Part shown: piece by piece, positions 33,701 to 48,530 of the stretch
Layout: every line of letters begins with the position of its first letter
Numbering within the stretch: the stretch's first letter is position 1
DNA from: Selaginella moellendorffii
Taxonomy: Eukaryota > Plantae > Lycopodiophyta
Assembly (NCBI RefSeq): GCF_000143415.4
Contig: NW_003314370.1
Span: 365,517-429,516, forward strand
Length of the DNA: 64,000 nucleotides
Reading direction: 5' to 3'
The notes under the pieces: generated by a model
What the model was told of the DNA's origin: nothing
Seen by the model: only the letters and a program-made list of their open reading frames with translations
Databases searched by the model: none
Program-made: the position numbers and the translations under genes

Positions 33701-35353
33701 TAAGGTAGAAAGTGACAGCAATCTTACATATTTGCCATAGTTGTAGTAGCTATTTTTTAGGTATATTGATGGTGAAGCTAGTTCATATGTAAGATACGCA
33801 AAGAAGGCATGTGATCCAGAGTAAGAAAATTAAGTCTTGAAGAAGATAATCGTGGAAATTCATCCAAGAGCTTGATTGACACACTTACTTTCAAGTCTTT
33901 GGGCCTTTCACACATCCTACAGAGTAATAAATGCCATTTCCTTTGGACTTCTCTACTATGTCAAAGTGGTTTTATTTGTTCAGCTTGGATTGCCAACTTT
34001 TGTAGTAGTTGCCTGATAAACTTAGGTTTGGTATTTTTAAGGGTGTGACTAGGGTGACTTGGTCTATCTTTTGAATATTACTACCTAACATCATCCCAAA
34101 CTTGCTTCACGTTGACTGGGACTATACTCTATTGTTAGTGTTGTTGGCAACAACTTCTATCACCTTATGAATTTTGGTAAATGAATGCTCTTAAATCCTT
34201 GCAATGGGACACATTTATCTTTAAGGATACACTTTCTTCTCTAGCATGTGAGTAGTGTTAGTACTCTTTTATAGAATATAGAGACAACACAATAAATAAA
34301 ACTATTTACTGTGCAATACCTTTACTTCTTACATAAGCACCACAAAGCTACATCACAACATGATGCCTCCTTATTTGTACTTTTTCATGCTTAAAGACAC
34401 ATGCTTAACTATGAAATTTATTTACCACTTTCTTACTTTCCAGCCATGCCTAGACCTTCTAAGTCATTGCTGCTTAGCATGTTTAAGATTGGTGAAAGAA
34501 TAACCTGATAAAGGATTAGAAAGGAATCTAGGAAAGTTAATTGGAGCAAACTATACACTTTCATTGGACATATTCTTAAACACCAAGTACAATTAGCCAA
34601 GTAGTCTAAATTGTCTTTTCATCTCACAAATACTCATTCATTTGCTCTTCTCATTTATTATCACTAGCATGCCAGAACAAGCTCTCGAAGTTTTAGAAAC
34701 GCTGAAGAGTTGAGGCTCAAAGAAGCTTTCAAGGATTTTCCATGAGGAGAACTTCACTTGTTTCAGGTTCTCCAAGAGCTTCAAAGAAAGGGAGTGGGTT
34801 GACAGACGATGAGCTTCTATGAGCGAGCAAGCCTAAGCTTCCGAGGATTTTGGAAAATTGGACCAGATGGTGGGCTCAAAGTGACGAAATGGATCGACAG
34901 TCATTCTTAAACATAACAGATGTAAAGAGAAGAATGTTTCTAGTTGCCATGCAGACGGCCCGGATGCTGTATCTGCCCGGAATGTGAGGGCCGTTAACGG
35001 CCGTGAGATTCTTTCCGTGAGTTTGTCCCACCTGATGAGCGGCCCCGATTGGATATCTAGCCGGAATGTATGGGTGAACTACCCTTACTGTGGAGTATAA
35101 GATGGGGGTTTGAAAGGCAATGGTCTTGGAAGTATGCTCCCATAGGCTTCACTTTCTGGATTCTCCTTCCATAATTAGGGTTCCGATTGACAGGGCGTTG
35201 CCCGCCACGCCGCGACGCCACGGAATTGGAGCTAGATCGAGGAGTAGGGGTTTGGCAGGGACGCGCTGGGGTTAGGGTTTGTAGGACAGTGAGCTCGTCC
35301 CAGAGGCCGAGCACGGAGCCGGTAATCTAATTCGATAGAGGTTTAGGGTTGAG

Positions 35354-35374
35354 CAGCAGCAGCAGCAGCAGCAG
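35354..35374 (+). repeat. (CAG)7 microsatellite in the probable 5' UTR of the HAC gene
   Basis: Read directly from the sequence; flanked by TAGGGTT telo-box motifs at about 35206, 35273 and 35344. Confidence 0.85.
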
Positions 35375-35620
35375 CCGCGATCGAGCACGCTGCCGGCCAG
35401 CGCCAGGTTTGAATTGGATTGCATGAGCTGGGGGATGATCGGATTTCGAATTGGGTGCTGGCGGCTTTGGGAGCGGGCCATGGATCCAGGGGCGGAATTT
35501 CGGGATTCTAGCTTCTGGATGTGAGGATCCATTGCATTGGGATTGGTCGTTTGATTGGCCGGGAGGAGCATGGACTGGGCTGGGACTTAAGAGAAGCTAC
35601 ATTGGAATTGGCTAAGGAAG

Positions 35621-38600
35621 ATGCAGGCCCAGGCACAGCTATCTGGGCAGTGCATCACTTTGCAGGATAAGACGTCGTTACCTTCGAATCCATGGGGTAA
35701 CGATTTGGCTTTGCGTAGGAAGGTCATAGAAAAAATGTAAGCGTGTTTTTCACTGTATCTCTTGAACTAACGATTGTGTTTTCGTTTTCCAGAGCACAGA
35801 TTTTTCAGAAATGTAAACACCAATTGCCTCCAGAGTGGCAGCAGAAAATCCCTGACTTGGTATCGAATGTGGAGCAGGCTTTGTACAATGATGCTACTTC
35901 TAAGGTTCTGTGTGATCTTTGCTTTTGTTTGTCTTTTTGCCTTTCGATCTCATGGTTACCTCTGATGAACAGGAAGATTATGCTGACGTGCGAACGTTGG
36001 AGCATCGTCTCCAAGTTGCAACTCATCGATTTGTCAACCAGCAGCCGCGAGTAACTTCTATAGAGGATCTCACGAGGTCTTCTGGGACCGCGGTCTCTGT
36101 GAACGGTGGAGGTGGCATGGTACCAACTCCAGGCATGGGTGGCAACCTTGTCCCTACTCCTGGTTACTCGAACACCATGGTCCCGGTTGGGGGTCATGGT
36201 AATGGTACCGCCAGGGCCAGCTCGACGATGATGCCAACTCCTGGACTTGGCAACAAGATGGGGATCTCTACGAACGGAAGTATGATGCCCACCGGGAATG
36301 CAAACATGAACTTCGTCGCCAATGGCGTTCAAACTTCGACAGGGATGTTTGCCAATGGGAACTTGATGCCTAGTGGGATGCCTGTCAACGGTATGAGGAT
36401 GATTCACGATGGACAACTTGCCTCCAGTACAGGATTTTCAGCTGGGGGAATGCAGATGATGCCGACGCCGGGTCTCAGCATGCCACAGCAGTCGCCCAGT
36501 GTGTCGAACTTCCCTAAAGTCAGCGACATCTCGATGGCTTCCGTGCAACCGCAGCAGCTCGCGGCTTCCAATGGTCATATCCTTCGTGCTCACATGAACG
36601 GTGCTTCTCAAGTGAAGACAGCAAACGGACTAGCGAATGGTATGGTGATGAACCGTTCTCATCTAGCGAACGGAAACGTTGCAGTGCACGATTACCCGAA
36701 TCAAGCTCAAGCTCAGTATATGCTACAACAGCAACAGCGTTTGAACCAACAACAACGGATGCAAAGTAAGCTAGCTCTTTCCTGTCCAGCGATGTATTTT
36801 TACTGACGAGTTCGTTATGTAGCGCTGAGCTCCGCCGTTTCCAATGGCAGCTATGCCATGAATGCTGCGGACTTGGCTGGACCTGGGGGTAACTTGTATA
36901 CCCCATCAACAACAGGTGGCCTTGTGAACAATGGAGTTGCTCTAAACGCAATTAATCCTCAACTTGCGAAACCTTCGAGTCAACAGCAAGGGGTGGCGAT
37001 GAGCTTACAGCAACAGCGAATGCAGCAGCAGCAACAGCATCACCAGAAACAATTGCAGCAACAAATGCAGCAGCTGCAGCAAAGGCAACAAGCCGCACAA
37101 CAGCAGCAGCCGCAACAGCAAGATCAGGGAACAACGTTCCAGCAACTCTCTGACTTAACCAAGACCTCATTAGACGTCCAGAATGTTGTCCCGGGACCTG
37201 TTGTTCAGATGGAGCAGTCGGATCAAAAACCGTCCCCGCAGGTTCAGCAAACATGGCAGGCGCAAGAGAGGGAGGTGAAAAACATCGCCAACGAGAATCA
37301 TGTCGTGTTCCCGGAGACACAGAAACAGTTACAAACTCCGAATAGTGAGACCTTACAACCGAAGCCGGAGCCGATGAACGAGAGCGTGCAAGTGACCGAG
37401 CACCAACAATCACCACAGCCTGCTCCTGCCGTTTTGAAGCAGGAACAAGGAAGTCCGTCGTCTATGGTATCAACTCCAGGAGGAGCGGCTGCCCAGCCTG
37501 AAAGCAACGGCTCTGGAACGGGACCCCAGCCAGTGATCAGCAGTACTCGTGCTCAGCAGTACCTCAAGCAGCAGCGCTGGCTACTTTTTCTCCGTCATGC
37601 AACGAAATGCTCCGCCGCGGGTGGACAGTGCATATGCAGTCCTCACTGCCAAACTGCTCGCCAGCTGCTAAGTCACATGTCCAAATGCCGGGATCGTGAG
37701 TGCCAATATCCGCGGTGCAGTGCCTCGATGAAGTTGCTCACACACCATCAGTCGTGTCGTGACGCTAGATGCCCGGTTTGTGGACCTGTCCGGCAGGCCA
37801 TCTTAAAGCAAACTCATCCTCCGCCAGCAGACCAGATGGGATCTCCTCCGGGTTCTAAAGATGGTGGCCAGCCACCTTTGAAACGGCCCAAGGTGGCGTC
37901 GCCAGACTCTACTACTATGGAGAATGGTGATGGACCCGTCAAGGTCGAGTCGAAAGAGGTTATCAAAGCTGTGAAGGCTGAAGCACCTCATGGTGGTGGC
38001 GTCCGGAACGTGAAGCCGGAGCCTGTAGCAAGTGACGTGAAGCATCCCGGGAACGCGATTGTTAAGCACGAGTCTGGTCCAAGGATTGGCAAAGGAGGAA
38101 AGCCGAAAATAGTTGGCGTCTCGCTAACAGAGATCTTCACCATTGAGCAAATCAAGCAACATATTGTGAGCTTAAGACAGTGGGTTGGCCAGGTACGTGA
38201 GGAATCACTGGAGTTTCTTTCTCGTGCTCATTCATTTTCTTAGCAGAGCAAGTCCAAAGCAGAGAAGAACCAGGCCATGGAACTTCAGGCAAACGAGCAC
38301 GCTTGTAGATTGTGTGCAGTTGAGAAGCTTTTCTTCGATCCACCACCTATTTATTGCACGAGCTGCGGGATACGAGTGAAGCGAAACGCACTCTACTATA
38401 CAACAGCGGTTCGTGAAACTCGACACTACTTTTGCATTCCTTGTTACAACGATGTTCGCACGGAGAATGTCGAATTGGAAGGCCTTACGTACGCTAAGTC
38501 GTGCTTGGAGAAAAGGAAGCACGACGAAGAGCAAGAAGAGGCGGTAAGCTATGTCGTTTGCAAACGGGATTTCTGTACTCAAGTTTGATTTTCGCAGTGG

Positions 38601-41139
38601 GTGTGCTGCGACAAGTGTAACTTATGGCAACATCAAACCTGCGCGCTTTTCAATAGCAGGAGGAATGAGGGTGGAGAAGCGGAGTATACTTGTCCCGAGT
38701 GCTGCATGGCTGAAATGGAGTCGGGCGAAAGAGATCCACTGCCAGTCTCGGCTGTCCTCGGAGCCAAAGACCTTCCTCGGACGTGGCTAAGCGATCACCT
38801 CGAGTCCAGACTCACTCTGAAGCTCAGGCAGGAGCGATCTGAGCGCGCTAGAAAGGAAGGGAAAAGCCATGACGAGGTATGCAGCTCACTGTTTTTACAC
38901 GAATGTACTCAGATAACTGCGTGAAGGTTCTCGGCGCGGAGGGGCTGGTCGTGAGGGTTGTTTCCTCCGTGGATAAAAGGCTGGAAGTCAAACCCCGGTT
39001 TCTAGAAATCTTTCAAGAGGAGGATTACTCTACTGAATTCCCGTATAAATCAAAGGTGAAAGTTATTTTTATATTTGGTAGTGCTTTTTTCTCTGACTGG
39101 TTGGAATTTCCAGGCAGTGCTACTTTTTCAAAAGATTGAAGGAGTGGAGGTTTGTCTTTTTGGAATGTACGTTCAAGAGTTTGGAGTGGAGTCTGCGCAA
39201 CCAAATCAGCGGCGGGTGTATCTTTCTTATTTGGATTCCGTTAAATACTTCAGACCAGCAGAGGTGAAAACACCAAACGGAGAGGCACTAAGAACTTTCG
39301 TTTATCATGAATTGCTGGTAAATTTTCTCTCTTCTTACCTTACTTTTTGTAACTTGATATTCCTTGCAGATTGCTTACTTGGAGTATTGTAAAAGGAGAG
39401 GTTTTACCAGTTGCTACATTTGGGCGTGTCCGCCTCTGAAGGGCGAGGATTACATTCTTTATTGTCACCCTGAAATTCAGAAGACTCCAAAGTCGGACAA
39501 GTTGCGAGAATGGTATGTGGTTTCCATACTATTCTTTCAGTTCATTGACCTTTCCCCCTATCTTTTTGTTATATTCTCAGGTACTTAACGATGCTTAGGA
39601 AAGCGTCCAAGGAAAATATTGTTGTCGAGATTACCAATTTCTATGACTTTTTTTTCATATCTCCTGGCGAGTGCAAGGCCAAAGTGACCGCTGCAAGGCT
39701 TCCATATTTCGATGGTGATTATTGGCCGGGTGCCGCAGAAGATATGATACTTCAACTACAACAGCAGGATGACGATGATGGATCAAAGCAGCAGAAAAAG
39801 GGAAAGATTAAAAAACCGCCAACGAAACGCGCCACAAAGACTGCTGCTCAGGCGGAAATGGCTATCAACGCTTCAAAAGATGCGCAACTCATGCAGAAGG
39901 TGGGTTTTTTTTTTCCAATTCCATGAATTTACATCGGGCATTTTCCTTGCAGCTTGGGGAGTCGATAATGCAAATGAAGGAAGATTTTATTATGGTTCAT
40001 CTACAGCACACTTGTACACACTGTAGAAACTTTATATTGACGGGCTGCCGCTGGGTTTGCCGGCCCTGTAAGAGCTTTCAGCTTTGTGATAGGTAAGAAT
40101 CTTTCAATTACTTGCTCCGGTAGTTTGGCAACTCCGCTTGCTTTGTGCAGGTGCCATGAAGCAGAGCTAAAACTGGACGAAAGGGAAAGACATCCTGCCA
40201 ATAGCAAGGAAATGCATTATCTAACTCCGGTGAGTATTCATCCGAGAGAATTGTTGGTTGTGATAATGACACTTGTTTGTGTGCTGTGTAGATCGAAGTT
40301 ACCGATGTTCCACCAGACACCAAGGATAATGATGACTTAATGGAGAGTGAATTCTTTGACACCAGACACGCGTTCTTGACCCTCTGCCAGGGGAATCACT
40401 ATCAGTACGACACACTGCGGCGGGCCAAGCACTCGTCTATGATGGTGCTTTACCACTTGCATAATCCTATGGCCCCGGCGTTCGTGGTGACGTGCTGCAT
40501 TTGCACCCACGACATAGAACCAGGACAAGGCTGGAAGTGCGAGACCTGTACAGAGTACGACGTTTGCAATGGCTGCTATTACAAGGAGGAGACAAGGAAG
40601 CATCCTCACAAGCTCGTGCAACATCCATCAGCATCGGAGCGGAATGCTCAGAACAAGGAAGCGAGGCAACAGCGGGTGCAACAGGTTTGTGTGAAATTGA
40701 ACGTTCTGTCACTGCTCACAACATTTTTATTTCCTTGTCCAGCTTAAGATGATGCAGGAGTTACTCGTTCACGCTTCGAAGTGCTGCACAACACAGTGCC
40801 AATATCCAAACTGCGGAGATCTCAAGAGGCTGTTCCGGCACGGAATGACATGCCAAAAGCGAGTTATCGGGAACTGCTTGCACTGCAAGAGGATGTGGAG
40901 CTTCATGCAACTACATGCGAGATCTTGCAAGCAAGCGGACTGCCGCGTGCCTCGCTGCAAGTAAGTACCTCTATCCTTTTTCTTCTTTTTGGTTTTCGCA
41001 CAGAGGCTAACCATCTCTTGGCAGGGACCTGAGAGAACATTCAAGAAGAAACCAGCTCCAAATGGAGTCTCGACGACGAGCGGCGGTGAACGAGATGATG
41101 CGGCAACGCACTGCGGAGACTGCTGGCAGGAAGCAATAG
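35621..41139 (+). CDS. HAC1: p300/CBP-type histone acetyltransferase (HAC1-like), multi-exon
   Basis: Gln-rich N-terminus, TAZ ([14 protein letters not shown]), PHD-like [15 protein letters not shown] ([41 protein letters not shown]), ZZ, second TAZ (LLVHASKC). Ends [22 protein letters not shown]. Confidence 0.95.
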
Positions 41140-41516
41140 AGGCAGCGAGGACTTCTTCCAACACTTTATTCTTTTTTTTCCTTTTTTTTCTGGCATCGGC
41201 GGACGGACAGAGTGACTTGACTTCATCGACGTTGTGTTCCAATTTTGACAGTCGTTGGGAAGCAAGCAGTACAAGGAACAACGCTTGCTTTCTTGTGTCT
41301 CTTCCCAGAGCAAAGGTAAACTTCTCTTCGATCTTTTTCGTCTAGTGTATCTAACTTTCTTCTTGTGCTTCTTTCCTTTTGCAAGGTTGAAACAAAGCGC
41401 AAGTACACGCATCAAACAAACATCCAAAGGAGAGACAAAGATGAGAGAATGAGAGAGTGACAATCAGGACAGCGACACACCAGTGTACATAGAAGTTTTC
41501 TTTTTTTCAGTGACTC

Positions 41517-41889
41517 ATCAGAATTCATGTAAAGTTCCATGTAAGTGTGAGAGAGTGAGAGAATTCCTTTGTATTTACTTAAATTATATAGAGGCGAAGA
41601 TTATTCCACCACCTTTCTTTTTTTGAAAAGTTCTACCTTTAAGCAAACATTGTGATTCTCTTTATTGAGTGACATTGATATGTATCTATCTTTTCTCTTT
41701 TCCAAAACTTATTGTCTACTGATTTATCAGAATTCATGTAAAGTTCCATGTCACTGTGCGAGAGAGTGAGAGAATTCCTTTTACTTACTTAAATTATAAA
41801 TTATATATTGGCGAAGATTAAGCAAATTTCCCTAAAAGGATTGTGATATATATCTACCTTTCTCTTTTCCAAAACTTATTGTCTACTGA
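41517..41889. repeat. Direct tandem duplication (about 200 bp) between the convergent HAC and G3Pp 3' ends
   Basis: atcagaattcatgtaaagttccatgt..gagagagtgagagaattcctt..ggcgaagatta..ttctcttttccaaaacttattgtctactga occurs at about 41517 and 41726. Confidence 0.85.
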
Positions 41890-42081
41890 CAATAACTTCC
41901 AAGAAGATTTCCAAGGGACAAACACATCTCAATCGCGCACAAAGAATATTTACACTGGATCATACCTCCCGCAAATATGTATGATCCCATCCTAGAGATT
42001 CGAATGATCGATCCTAGGAGACAAAAAAAATAATCGTATCCAGAGCCGCGATAGTGGAGTGGGGCATCATTCCAGAGCCAC

Positions 42082-43970
42082 TCAGCTTTTCCCATTTATG
42101 AATGGCTGTGAGAGATCTCCTGTAGACATCCACAAAAAAAATTCCACGGTGAGAAACGAACAACAGCGACTGGAGGATTCGCGTGACCACGAAAAAAGAT
42201 CACTTTGAATCTGTCCAACGTACCCGAGGAGGATGCGCGAGATGACGAATCTTTTCCAGCCTCCCGGAGCCCCCGGATCTTCTCGGTGGCCTCGTTCACC
42301 ACCAGTCTCGAGAGCAGCAGCCCCGCCATGAACGCCGATGCCATGAGCATGAGGAAGACGTTGTCCCAGCCTTGCTCCGAGATGTAGCCCGTGAGAAGCG
42401 GACCCACGGCCGCTCCAGCCGATCCACACCCGTCGATGATGGCGGTCACAGTGGACAGCGCCCGAGCATCGCCACTCAAGCTGCTGTGCGTCCCCAGGTC
42501 CGCGGACACCGCCGTGGTGATGAGCGCGTACGGGCCATTCACCAGCATTCCCAGCGCCAGCATCAGCCCCGCGTTGAGCGGCATGGAGATTGCTCCAAAC
42601 TCGTGGTAGAAGAAGAGCGCCGGGATCGCGCAGTACGTGAAAGTTGCCGCGGTTATGGCCCGCGCGTTGAGCTTGTCCGAAAGGTGGCCGGCGAGAACAC
42701 CGCCGAAAACGCCGCCTATGTCGAACAGTATCGAGAGATTCGCGGCTGTCGTGTCGGAGAGGACGACTCCAGCAATTCCTGGAAGATCAAAGAGCAATTG
42801 TTTAGAAACACGGAAGCAAAAAAGTGAAAAGAGCATGGACTTACTTGTGTGTCGTATGTAGAACGGTAGCCAGTAGAGAAAAGTGTAAGCAACCAGCTTC
42901 GAGAAGAAGAGACAAAACGCGAATGGAGCAACTCCGGGTATCACCCACGCCTCCAAGAACCCGACGGGTTGATCGCGTCCGGGGCTGGAGTTTTTCCTCA
43001 CCTGGGCCTCTGGATCCTGATCATCTCGATCCGAAACGAGGCTGGAACTCGACGATGATCCAGCCTCATCTTCCTCCTCCTCGTCGCTTGATCCTTGCAC
43101 GGACGAACTCTCGCCACCGCCGCCATCGTATGGAGATGGCAAATCCACGTCTCGCGGATCCACCACCAGGAACAAGTAGACCATCACGCCACCGACCATG
43201 ATAAGCAACCCCGGGAGTAGAAACGACCACCCCCAGCCGAATGGAAGAACCGCCGCGCCAACCAGTGATCCAACGATGTTTCCAACCGAGGTGTGAGCGT
43301 TCCACACGCCCATGATCAATCCCCGCTTGGATTTCCCACACCAGTTCCCAACGACGGCCACCACCGACGGCCATCCTGTTGCTTGAAAGAGCCCCGCGAT
43401 CATCTGGACGAAGAGGAAGTAGTAGAGGCTGTGGATGTTCCACCAGTAGCCCAGGCCAAAGAGGCAAACGAAGGCGCCGCTGCCCACCATCCCCATCGTG
43501 AGGAAGATCCGCAAGTCGAGCCTGTCGCCGAGATGCCCCGCGAAGAACATCCCCAGCGCGTAGCACGCCAGGAACGCGACGTCGATCTGGCCCAGCCGGG
43601 ATTTTCCGCCCTCTCCGTTGAATGGAGCCCAGCCGGCGGCTCTGGATTGGAGCCGCGCCGCATTCGAGACATCGCGGGGGACGAAGAGCCAGCTGAGAGG
43701 CCTGGCGATGGCGATTTCTCGGACAGCGCTCGCGTTGCCGGCAATCGCGATGGCGGCGATGGAATCGATGGCGTTTATATTGGGATTGCTGGAGCCTGTC
43801 TCTGGATCAAGAACGCTCTTGACGATGCTGGGCGGCTTGCGGGAGGCGTGGTAGCAGGCGTAGGCGATGAAGGTGATGACGAGAATGAGGCCCTTGCCCA
43901 CCCGGAAATTCCTGCCCGCGATCGCTCTCGCCACACGGATCCCCGGTGGAGCGCTCCGGAAGCGATCCAT
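42082..43970 (-). CDS. G3Pp: Glycerol-3-phosphate permease / SLC37-type MFS transporter
   Basis: YACYHASRKPPSIVKSVL, GHLGDRLDLR, QATGWPSVVAVVGNW, WNAHTSVGN, NGPYALITTAVSADLG. Short introns near 42780-42845 and 42124-42223. Confidence 0.93.
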
Positions 43971-44284
43971 GGATCCCTGGAGCAGAGCCGCGGCCGAAAT
44001 ATCACCCCAGACCCAGAGATTTCGCGAAATTTCTTGGATCAATCGATGAGCCGAGAGCTCGCTCGTCGATATCACCAAAAATCCAGCTCCACAGAGTCAA
44101 GAATCCGTGAAACCTGAAACTTACACAAGAAATCTCGCAAACCGGAGCTCCAATCCGTGAGATCGATGCTCCAGCGCCTGCATTACAAGCGCGCTATCGA
44201 GGGAAGAAAAGAGAGAAACATAGGAGAAAAACGCAAGAAAGCGTACATTGACCGTCCGATATGTGCCTCCGTTTAAGAAGGCCG

Positions 44285-44314
44285 GTATATCCGAATCCGT
44301 GGGAAGGGATATCC
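44285..44314. promoter_or_regulatory. Paired P1BS (PHR1-binding, GNATATNC) elements upstream of G3Pp
   Basis: GTATATCC at 44285-44292 and GGATATCC at 44307-44314, about 320-340 bp upstream of the G3Pp ATG. Confidence 0.5.
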
Positions 44315-44614
44315 CAGAATTCCAAAAACTTGGCTAGCGGGGTACGAAAGCTCAAACGCGGCCACCTTTGTGGCCATAAATTCCTGCTATGGTGTTGCGA
44401 CACATCTAGGTTTGAAATTTCGAGCGAATTGACTCTATATGACATGGAAGCGCGGGAAATGGTCCACGCGGGATTTGCCACGTCACAGTTGACGGTATGT
44501 GGAAAACAACCTGTTCATAGACGGCCAAATATGTCCGGAATTTCAGACCAGATATGGTTCCTGGAAGGTATAATATGTGATCAATCGATTGAAAAGATTA
44601 GGTCAGCTTAAAAG

Positions 44615-45139
44615 ATGGAGATCTCCTCCAAAGTTATGGCTATGGGGCTCATTCTTGTAATAATGGTTGTTTCGGCAAAGGCACGAGGTGGTCCTATGGA
44701 TTTATTAGCGATGGGACAACAGGTTTCTTCTCCACCGATGGGATCACCATCACCATCGTTTGTATCACCACCTCCACCTTTGTTATCACCGTCACCGTCA
44801 CCATCACCATCACCACCACCGTCATCACTACCACTATCGCCCACACCACAACCAATGGAGTCACCATCGCCCACACCACAAACAGTAGAGCCACCTCAAA
44901 TTCTATCGCTACCGTCGGCATCCCCGCCTTCGTCGCCACCGTCACCGTCACCTTCACCTTCACCATCATCGCCATCCAGCCACAAAGGATTGAGCGCTGG
45001 ACAAAAGGCTGGGATTATCTTTGGAGTGATATTGGGAATTGCGTTAGTGGCTGTTGCTGGCTACATTTACTGGAAGAGAAGAGAGGATTGTAGATTCAGG
45101 AGACATTTCAACATTTCAACATCTAAACTTGTATTTTAG
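44615..45139 (+). CDS. Pro/Ser-rich single-pass membrane protein (AGP/extensin-like)
   Basis: Signal peptide, SPSPSP repeats, GLSAGQKAGIIFGVILGIALVAVAGYIYWKRR TM segment plus basic stop-transfer. Confidence 0.85.
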   Translation: MEISSKVMAMGLILVIMVVSAKARGGPMDLLAMGQQVSSPPMGSPSPSFVSPPPPLLSPSPSPSPSPPPSSLPLSPTPQPMESPSPTPQTVEPPQILSLPSASPPSSPPSPSPSPSPSSPSSHKGLSAGQKAGIIFGVILGIALVAVAGYIYWKRREDCRFRRHFNISTSKLVF

Positions 45140-45226
45140 GGCCTAGTTGGCAGATTTATAAATTGACACGTTTGCGTTTCTATCTGACGTGTTGCATTGT
45201 TCGTTTGAGTTTTAGGGTTCTTGGGC

Positions 45227-47173
<1,947 letters not shown>

Positions 47174-47222
47174 CCAGCCACGAAGAAAAGAAGTAATAAC
47201 CTCGGGAAGAGAAGGAGAGCCC

Positions 47223-48074
47223 TCAGCAAAAGCTTTTGGAGGAACTTCCGCGCAACTGAGGAGCTAGCCTGAAGTGCCACAGCCTCTTGGTTGGAGCTTC
47301 CTCCACGAGATTCGCGCGACACAGAAACTCCTCGCAGTACTGCCTCTCCACCGGCCGCTCCACGTCGTGTACGTATATATCCGTCGTTCCATTCTTCCGG
47401 CTCCTGGCCATGACCGACGCACTGAAAATCGCTGCCATTCTTCCAGGTGCCTCGGCAAAGTAGCCTCGGGGAGCGTCCACCATGATCACGTCCCAGTCAA
47501 CCTCGTACAGCTTCTTGGGAAGATAACTCAGCGCGATCTTGCAAGTCGAGTTCCGGATGGCCTGCACTGGCCGGCACTTTCCATTGCGATTCTTCCTGGC
47601 GTGGTCCATGAGTCTCCCGGCATCCATCAACTTGGTGTTGTATCTGACGAGGTAGGCCTCCAGATCTGGATTCTTGCCCGTCACCTGTTTGATCCAATCC
47701 TCGGTTTCTTCCAGGAACACCGTGCGGCCACCGTGGTTGAGAGTTTTCCACATGACGCTGTCGAACCCCAGTCCAAAGACGAGAAAGTTGCAAGGGCCCC
47801 GTGCCGCGAGAACTCTCACGGTCATCATAATCTCGTCGAAAGTTTGCTGGGGGATTACCTTGCTGGAGACGTAGCGAGCGAGAGCGGTGCCTACCTCGAG
47901 CGGGAGTCCGCGATAGCTCTCCGGAAAGGCCGTCTCCTTCAAGTTCTGGAAAGTGGACTGGGTCTCGGGAGTGGTGTCCCGGAGAATGCACAGGCTGAGG
48001 AAGAAGACGAGCGGCAAGATAATGGATCCGGCAATCGCCCATTGCTTGGAGGAGATGTACTCGACGAAGCCCAT
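47223..48074 (-). CDS. DUF579 polysaccharide O-methyltransferase (GXM/AGM-like)
   Basis: N-terminal TM, IPQQT..EI, PCNFLVFGLG, LNHGGRTVFLEE, WDVIMVDAPRGY..PGRMAAIFSA, HDVER..FLC. Confidence 0.92.
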   Translation of the reverse strand: MGFVEYISSKQWAIAGSIILPLVFFLSLCILRDTTPETQSTFQNLKETAFPESYRGLPLEVGTALARYVSSKVIPQQTFDEIMMTVRVLAARGPCNFLVFGLGFDSVMWKTLNHGGRTVFLEETEDWIKQVTGKNPDLEAYLVRYNTKLMDAGRLMDHARKNRNGKCRPVQAIRNSTCKIALSYLPKKLYEVDWDVIMVDAPRGYFAEAPGRMAAIFSASVMARSRKNGTTDIYVHDVERPVERQYCEEFLCRANLVEEAPTKRLWHFRLAPQLRGSSSKSFC

Positions 48075-48530
48075 CGCGCCAGAGACGAAAGAAGCAAGAA
48101 CAAGATGGATGGATGGATCGAGAGAAAACTTGGTACTACTGCTGCTGCTGCTTATGACAAGGACTTGGTCCGTGATAGAAGCAACGATTCTTGGATCTAA
48201 ATCTGGATCTGGGATGCAGAGCTTAGACACCAAAGAACCATTTTTCGTGGAGGCACGATTGGATCCATCAAGAAATCCCAGAGAGAGAGCCTGTAGGCTT
48301 TCACTCTCTTTTCTTTTCTCTTTTCTATGAGACCAAACGTGTCAAAAGCCTTTTTATGCAAAGAAAAAGCGATTTCTTCTAAAGCCACAAAGTTTATTGT
48401 AATTAAATAGATCTTTTCTTCCACAAGAGCTGCAAAACTGAGAGTACACAAGCACTACTTTGCTATTAGAGTGTGCCTTTTTCGAGACGCACCTAGAGAG
48501 CTAGCAGCGATGGTGTTTGATCAATCGCTT

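Noticed and set aside
43293-44117. 274-aa plus-strand ORF, and similar ORFs at 4492-5334 and 13052-13654
   Set aside because: Shadow ORFs of high-GC3 coding sequence (G3Pp, PPR genes).
47274-48200. 308-aa plus-strand ORF
   Set aside because: Antisense to the GC-rich DUF579 CDS; no motifs.
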